A DNA stretch of 22,772 nt from Trichormus sp. ATA11-4-KO1 (GTDB lineage: Bacteria; Cyanobacteriota; Cyanobacteriia; Cyanobacteriales; Nostocaceae), in contig JAHHIM010000052.1 in assembly GCA_019358915.1 (NCBI GenBank), forward strand, positions 1 to 22,772, given 5' to 3'. Shown here in pieces: positions 17,527 through 22,772 of the stretch (position 1 is its first letter; each line of letters begins with the position of its first letter). Both the position numbers and the translations under genes were made by a program. The notes under the pieces are model-generated. The model did not search any database. It worked only from the letters and a program-made list of their open reading frames with translations, and was not told where the DNA came from.

Positions 17527-17535
17527 GATATTTCC

Positions 17536-18345
17536 TCAAGCTAACCGTCTGCGTAAATAGTTACTGAAACTATCTACCAATATCACCATCATCAAAATGA
17601 CGAGTAGTATTGCTGCTACTTCTTTATACCTAAGAATACGTAAAGAACCAATTAGTTCAAACCCTATACCGCCTGCCCCGACTGCACCCATGACAGTAGA
17701 AGCGCGAAAGTTATATTCCCAACGATATAAGGTAACATCTAACATTTGCGGCAAAACTTGCGGTAAAACACTGTGATAAATTACCTGAATTTTGTTGGCA
17801 CCAGCCGCCTGTGCTGCTTCGATTGGTGCAGAGTGTACGTGTTCGATGTACTCAGCAAAAAACTTACCCACCATCCCAATTGAATGTAACCCCACTGCCA
17901 ACGCTCCTGGCAATGCACCAAACCCTACCGCAGCCACTAAAATAATTCCCATAATCAGTTCTGGCACAGCCCGTAAAGCATTGAGAATCAGACGTGCTAC
18001 CTGAAACACAATCGGGTGGGGTGTAGTATTCCCAGCTGCTAGTAGTGATAACGGTAGAGAAAAAGTAACTGCAATGGCGGTTCCTGCAACACTCATCGCC
18101 AAGGTGTCAAACAGTGGCTTAATCCAGTTGATAACCGAACTAAAATCAGGCGGTAGCATTTGGCCAATTAAATTAATCCCACTAGGCACACCCTCAGCTA
18201 ATCTTTCCCAATCAAAAAGACCAACTAATAAGAAAGATATCATCACAATTACTACAACAATAGTTACTTGCAGTAAATGCTTATATCTCTGTTGTCTTTG
18301 TTGTTTTAACAGTGGTTCAAATTTTTGATAACGATTGGTTGTCAT
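17536..18345 (-). CDS. ptxC: Phosphite ABC transporter permease (PhnE-like)
   Basis: Hydrophobic TM segments, EAA motif (PIEAAQAAGA), YRWEYNFRASTVMGAVGAGGIG. Confidence 0.92.
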   Translation of the reverse strand: MTTNRYQKFEPLLKQQRQQRYKHLLQVTIVVVIVMISFLLVGLFDWERLAEGVPSGINLIGQMLPPDFSSVINWIKPLFDTLAMSVAGTAIAVTFSLPLSLLAAGNTTPHPIVFQVARLILNALRAVPELIMGIILVAAVGFGALPGALAVGLHSIGMVGKFFAEYIEHVHSAPIEAAQAAGANKIQVIYHSVLPQVLPQMLDVTLYRWEYNFRASTVMGAVGAGGIGFELIGSLRILRYKEVAAILLVILMMVILVDSFSNYLRRRLA

Positions 18346-18606
18346 AAAACTCGATTGAATAGGTAGGAAGGAAAAGGAAGAAGGTAATATGTGGTCTGAA
18401 AATCATATCTTTGAAACCAGAATTCTTCAATTTGTTGGTTAAATTAGTCCCTATTAATTGGCTCTTACGTTGGTTTTTTGGTACGGCATTAAAATAGCCG
18501 TTTTATAGAAAGGCTAAAAAATCTAAAATCCAGTGAGAGCAAAGAACATAGGCTCTGATTAGATTTTATTTCTTATTCGACTCCATAAAAGGCACTGAAA
18601 AGCCTA

Positions 18607-19608
<1,002 letters not shown>

Positions 19609-19620
19609 TTATCTTCTGCC

Positions 19621-20421
19621 TTATCTATGAGAGGCTTTGCCAACTGCCTTCTCAATCAATTCTTCTGCATCATCTAGGTGAATATTTTCGGTATTGCCAT
19701 AGATGCGATTAAGTTCACCTTCCTGAATACCTGCGGCATTACCATCAAAAACTACATGACCTTGAGATACACCAATTATCCTGTCTGCATAGGTTTTAGC
19801 TAAGTCTACTTGGTGTAGACTCATAATTGCCGCAATGCCGTCTTCTTGACAAATTTGACGTAGAAAAGAAATCACCTTGTGGGAACTAGCAGGGTCAAGG
19901 CTGGCAACCGGCTCATCTGCCAGAATTAACCGGGGTTTCTGCGCCAACGCACGCGCAATACCTACCCGTTGCTGTTGTCCACCACTAAGATTATCTACTC
20001 GTGTTAAAGCTTTATTTAATAGTCCTACTCTTTCTAAACATTCCAAGGCTATATATTTGTCAGCATTGGGTAATGGAAAAAAGCTTCTCAGAGTTGAGTG
20101 ATAGGCTAAACGACCAGTCAGCACATTTTGTAGTGCAGTTTGTCTACCAATTAACTGGTGCTGCTGAAAAATCATCCCTGTGCGCTGGCGATGTTGATGT
20201 AGTACCTTGGGTTCATTGAGTTGGCGCCAACCTTCTACTGTAATAGACCCTGCCGTTGGTTGGATGAGTCCATTTAAACACCGGAGCAAAGTTGATTTAC
20301 CTGAACCAGAAGCTCCCAAGATGACTGTAAACTCTCCTGGGTTAAAGTTTAAAGAAACTGACTGGAGGGCTTGAACTCCGCCAGGATAAGTTACACTCAA
20401 GCGATCCAGCTGAATTATCAT
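19621..20421 (-). CDS. ptxA: Phosphite ABC transporter ATP-binding protein (PhnC-like)
   Basis: GASGSGKST, LSGGQQQRV, ADEPVASLDP. Confidence 0.93.
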   Translation of the reverse strand: MIIQLDRLSVTYPGGVQALQSVSLNFNPGEFTVILGASGSGKSTLLRCLNGLIQPTAGSITVEGWRQLNEPKVLHQHRQRTGMIFQQHQLIGRQTALQNVLTGRLAYHSTLRSFFPLPNADKYIALECLERVGLLNKALTRVDNLSGGQQQRVGIARALAQKPRLILADEPVASLDPASSHKVISFLRQICQEDGIAAIMSLHQVDLAKTYADRIIGVSQGHVVFDGNAAGIQEGELNRIYGNTENIHLDDAEELIEKAVGKASHR

Positions 20422-20496
20422 CCTAGAAAAATTCCCCTAACTTATACAATCTACAAGCAGTTGATTTGAAAATGTAATCAAAACGTTAGTTGCATA

Positions 20497-20556
20497 AGAA
20501 TAAGTTTTCACCCTTGTTTAAAGGTGAGGTTAACAATTGAGTTGTTTTAGGTTAAA
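20497..20556 (-). promoter_or_regulatory. Putative Pho box (SphR/PhoB) and -10 of the ptx operon
   Basis: Minus strand 11-bp periodic TTTAACCT / ACAACTCA / GTTAACCT / CTTTAAAC (cyanobacterial consensus CTTAACCT), then TATTCT at 20502-20497. Confidence 0.65.
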
Positions 20557-20696
20557 AACAAAAATATTGGCTAAAGCAGTTTGGGTGAATTTGAGGAAGC
20601 GAGCGCCAGAATGCTCTAGTCTGGGTGTCTCGATAGATCCCACAACAGTGGGCAAATAGAGAAATAAGCGGTAAAAACTTGCTGTGAAAAATGCAA

Positions 20697-21425
20697 TCAA
20701 AGTCCCGATCGCATAATGCGTTCTGCGAGTGTTGGCATGAGACGCTGAAGCACGAACAGTAATTTGGTTTTGCCAATCCGCATTTCATATCGGTCTTGGC
20801 TAAAGTCACGCCAAAACTCTTCGACTAATGCCTCTGGTTTAATCTTGTCGCGTCCCCGTCCTCGTGTCATCGCCGTATCTACCATCGGTGGAATGATCTC
20901 AAAAACTCGAACGGAGGTTGCTTCAAGCTGCCATCGCAAGGTTTTGGTGAAACTATGCAGCGCAGCTTTACTGGCACAATAAATAGGAGCGCTTTGCTTT
21001 GGCACAATGCCTAATCCTGAGGAAACGTTAATAATTGCAGCAGTGGGGTGTCTCAAAAGTTGCGGGAGAAAAAGTTTTGTTAGATACAGAGGACTGAGCA
21101 AGTTAATGTCTAGTTCAGTTTCAATCTGCTCAACTGCGATCGCAGGATCGGCAAAGTCATAGTTATATTGAACACCTGCATTGTTAATGAGAATGTTTAC
21201 GTCAGGATAGCTGTAGACTAACTTGTCGAGTGCTAAACGATCGCGCATATCGGCAAGCGCAATGGTAATGTTTGGCAATTGATTTTTCACAACTTCAGCT
21301 TTTTCAGCATTGGTGCCTGTCACAATCACAGTATTCCCCTCCCGAAGAAACCGTTGGGCAAGAGCGAAACCAATGCCTGATGTGCCGCCTGTAATCAAAA
21401 TAGTATTATGATCTGTGTTCATCAA
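20697..21425 (-). CDS. Short-chain dehydrogenase/reductase (DltE-like)
   Basis: TGGTSGIG, NNAG, YCASK. Confidence 0.92.
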   Translation of the reverse strand: MMNTDHNTILITGGTSGIGFALAQRFLREGNTVIVTGTNAEKAEVVKNQLPNITIALADMRDRLALDKLVYSYPDVNILINNAGVQYNYDFADPAIAVEQIETELDINLLSPLYLTKLFLPQLLRHPTAAIINVSSGLGIVPKQSAPIYCASKAALHSFTKTLRWQLEATSVRVFEIIPPMVDTAMTRGRGRDKIKPEALVEEFWRDFSQDRYEMRIGKTKLLFVLQRLMPTLAERIMRSGL

Positions 21426-21491
21426 TTACTCCGGTCGTTAGGGTATTGCAGCTATCCTAAATTGGAGTTAGAAGTAATTCATTAACATAAG

Positions 21492-22082
21492 TTAATGCGA
21501 TTTCAATTGGGTACGAATTCGGCTTAAGGTTACAGGAGTGATGCCGAGGTAGGAAGCAATATGATGTTGTTTGAGGCGAGTTTCCAAGCTAGGGTACTTT
21601 GATTGAAAACTCAAATAGCGAGTTTTGGCATCATCCAACAGCAAAGCACTTTCCCGCTTCTCCTTCTTGATGAATAAGATTTCAGCAATTTTACAATTTA
21701 GCGATTGCCAGCAAGGGTGGTTTTTAGAAAGCGAGCAATAAGCTGAATAATCAGCAATGAGTAACTTTGTATCTTCTAATGCGTGAATAAAAAGTTGTGA
21801 AGACTGTTCTAGTAACAACGCGCTGTAGGCTGCAACAAAACTATTCTCAGCACAGAATGACTTCGTGTATTCGGTGCCGTCACCATCCACATAATACAAG
21901 CGCAGAATGCCCGATATCACGAACCCAATTGTTCTGGGTACATCACCCGCACGGGAAAAAAACTCACCTCGTTTCAAGTTGGAAATTTGAAATAGGTTCG
22001 TCGCTTTGATGACTTCGTCTTCCGGTAGATCAGTCAGTGATCGCAGAATCACGATAAGTTGGTTCAACTCCTGGGTCAGCAT
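21492..22082 (-). CDS. Crp/Fnr-family transcriptional regulator
   Basis: cNMP-binding-like N-terminus (GILRLYY...FCAEN) and C-terminal HTH HIASYLGITPVTLSRIR. Confidence 0.9.
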   Translation of the reverse strand: MLTQELNQLIVILRSLTDLPEDEVIKATNLFQISNLKRGEFFSRAGDVPRTIGFVISGILRLYYVDGDGTEYTKSFCAENSFVAAYSALLLEQSSQLFIHALEDTKLLIADYSAYCSLSKNHPCWQSLNCKIAEILFIKKEKRESALLLDDAKTRYLSFQSKYPSLETRLKQHHIASYLGITPVTLSRIRTQLKSH

Positions 22083-22103
22083 ACATACAAAAATGTTAAT
22101 TTC

Positions 22104-22648
22104 AGGTTAAGACAGGTACTAAAAAAAAGGGGAGCCAGTGCGTTGGGCGGCTCTGCCGACTTGAAGCAACTGGCGTGGTCATTTGGAAACGAACCAGAAA
22201 AAGCCATCAAGGAAAACAAGACCCAGTACTACAACAAATCAAACAAGCCGACTTAGAAATGTTGGAATTGTCTGCGGCGACCGGAGAAATCGATTTAAAG
22301 TATATGGATGAATCCGGATTTTGTGCCTGGAGTGAGGCCAGCTACAGCTATTACTTCCGAGGTCAGCAAAAACGCTTAGAACAAAGCCAGCGTCGAGGTC
22401 GAAGGTTAAGTATTATTGGCTTTTTTCAACCCTTAATTAGTTTTGTGTACGGTTTGGTCATTGGCGGCGTTTCACGTCAATCTTATATTCAGATGATGGA
22501 GCTTGAAGCAGCCGCAGCTCAAAAAACAGGACGTATCCGAGTCATTGTCCAGGACAACGACCCAGTACATCGGTGTAAAGAAGTGCAGCAGTTATGGTCA
22601 AAGTGGGAAGACATGGGTTTGTACATCTTCTTTTTACCCAAATATTAG
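22104..22648 (+). mobile_element. IS630-family transposase remnant, truncated at both ends and interrupted by a 45-bp repeat
   Basis: RLRQVLKKK/GVIWKRTR with A8 slippery run, YMDESGF (D), VQDN (D); ends FLPKY* before the expected E-bearing motif. Confidence 0.88.
22132..22176 (+). repeat. 45-bp palindromic small dispersed repeat inserted in IS630
   Basis: 41/45 identical to 16163-16207; terminal stem GCCAGT/ACTGGC. Confidence 0.85.
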
Positions 22649-22772
22649 AACTCTTGCATAAATATTTTTTGGTATAATGAAGGGTTATTTTTCTTGACGT
22701 TAAAGAAGTTAAAATAGCCACAATTTACAAAGTTTCTCATATTAACTGTTGCTGGAGAGTTCTTACTTAAAA

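Overview
Filamentous cyanobacterial (Nostocales-like) DNA, judged from GCGATCGC HIP1 sites and heptamer/small dispersed repeats, and probably plasmid-borne. Left to right: (1) a type I-B (MYXAN/Cmx8) CRISPR-Cas operon on the minus strand, wyl-cas6-cas3-cas8(cmx8)-cas7-cas5, then a cas4-cas1 fusion whose C-terminus is cut off at ~128 by a TGT-terminated transposon end; no cas2 or CRISPR array in the window. (2) A divergent RHH-type regulator, an ArsC/Spx-like gene and an Rpn-like PD-(D/E)XK gene. (3) A ParA of the McdA type-1 lineage with an RHH partner and 8-bp periodic centromere-like arrays. (4) An antitoxin with a truncated PIN toxin, an hsdS remnant and a FimB-like tyrosine recombinase. 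(5) A phosphite uptake/oxidation operon ptxABCD with Pho-box-like repeats, a ptxE-like LysR and a SAM methyltransferase. (6) An SDR, a Crp/Fnr regulator and a decayed IS630. Most notable: two shared PafBC-style promoters (TGCCGG-N10-TAnnnT) ahead of wyl and cas4-cas1, the McdAB-like partition module with repeats inside its own gene, and the transposon end inside cas1.
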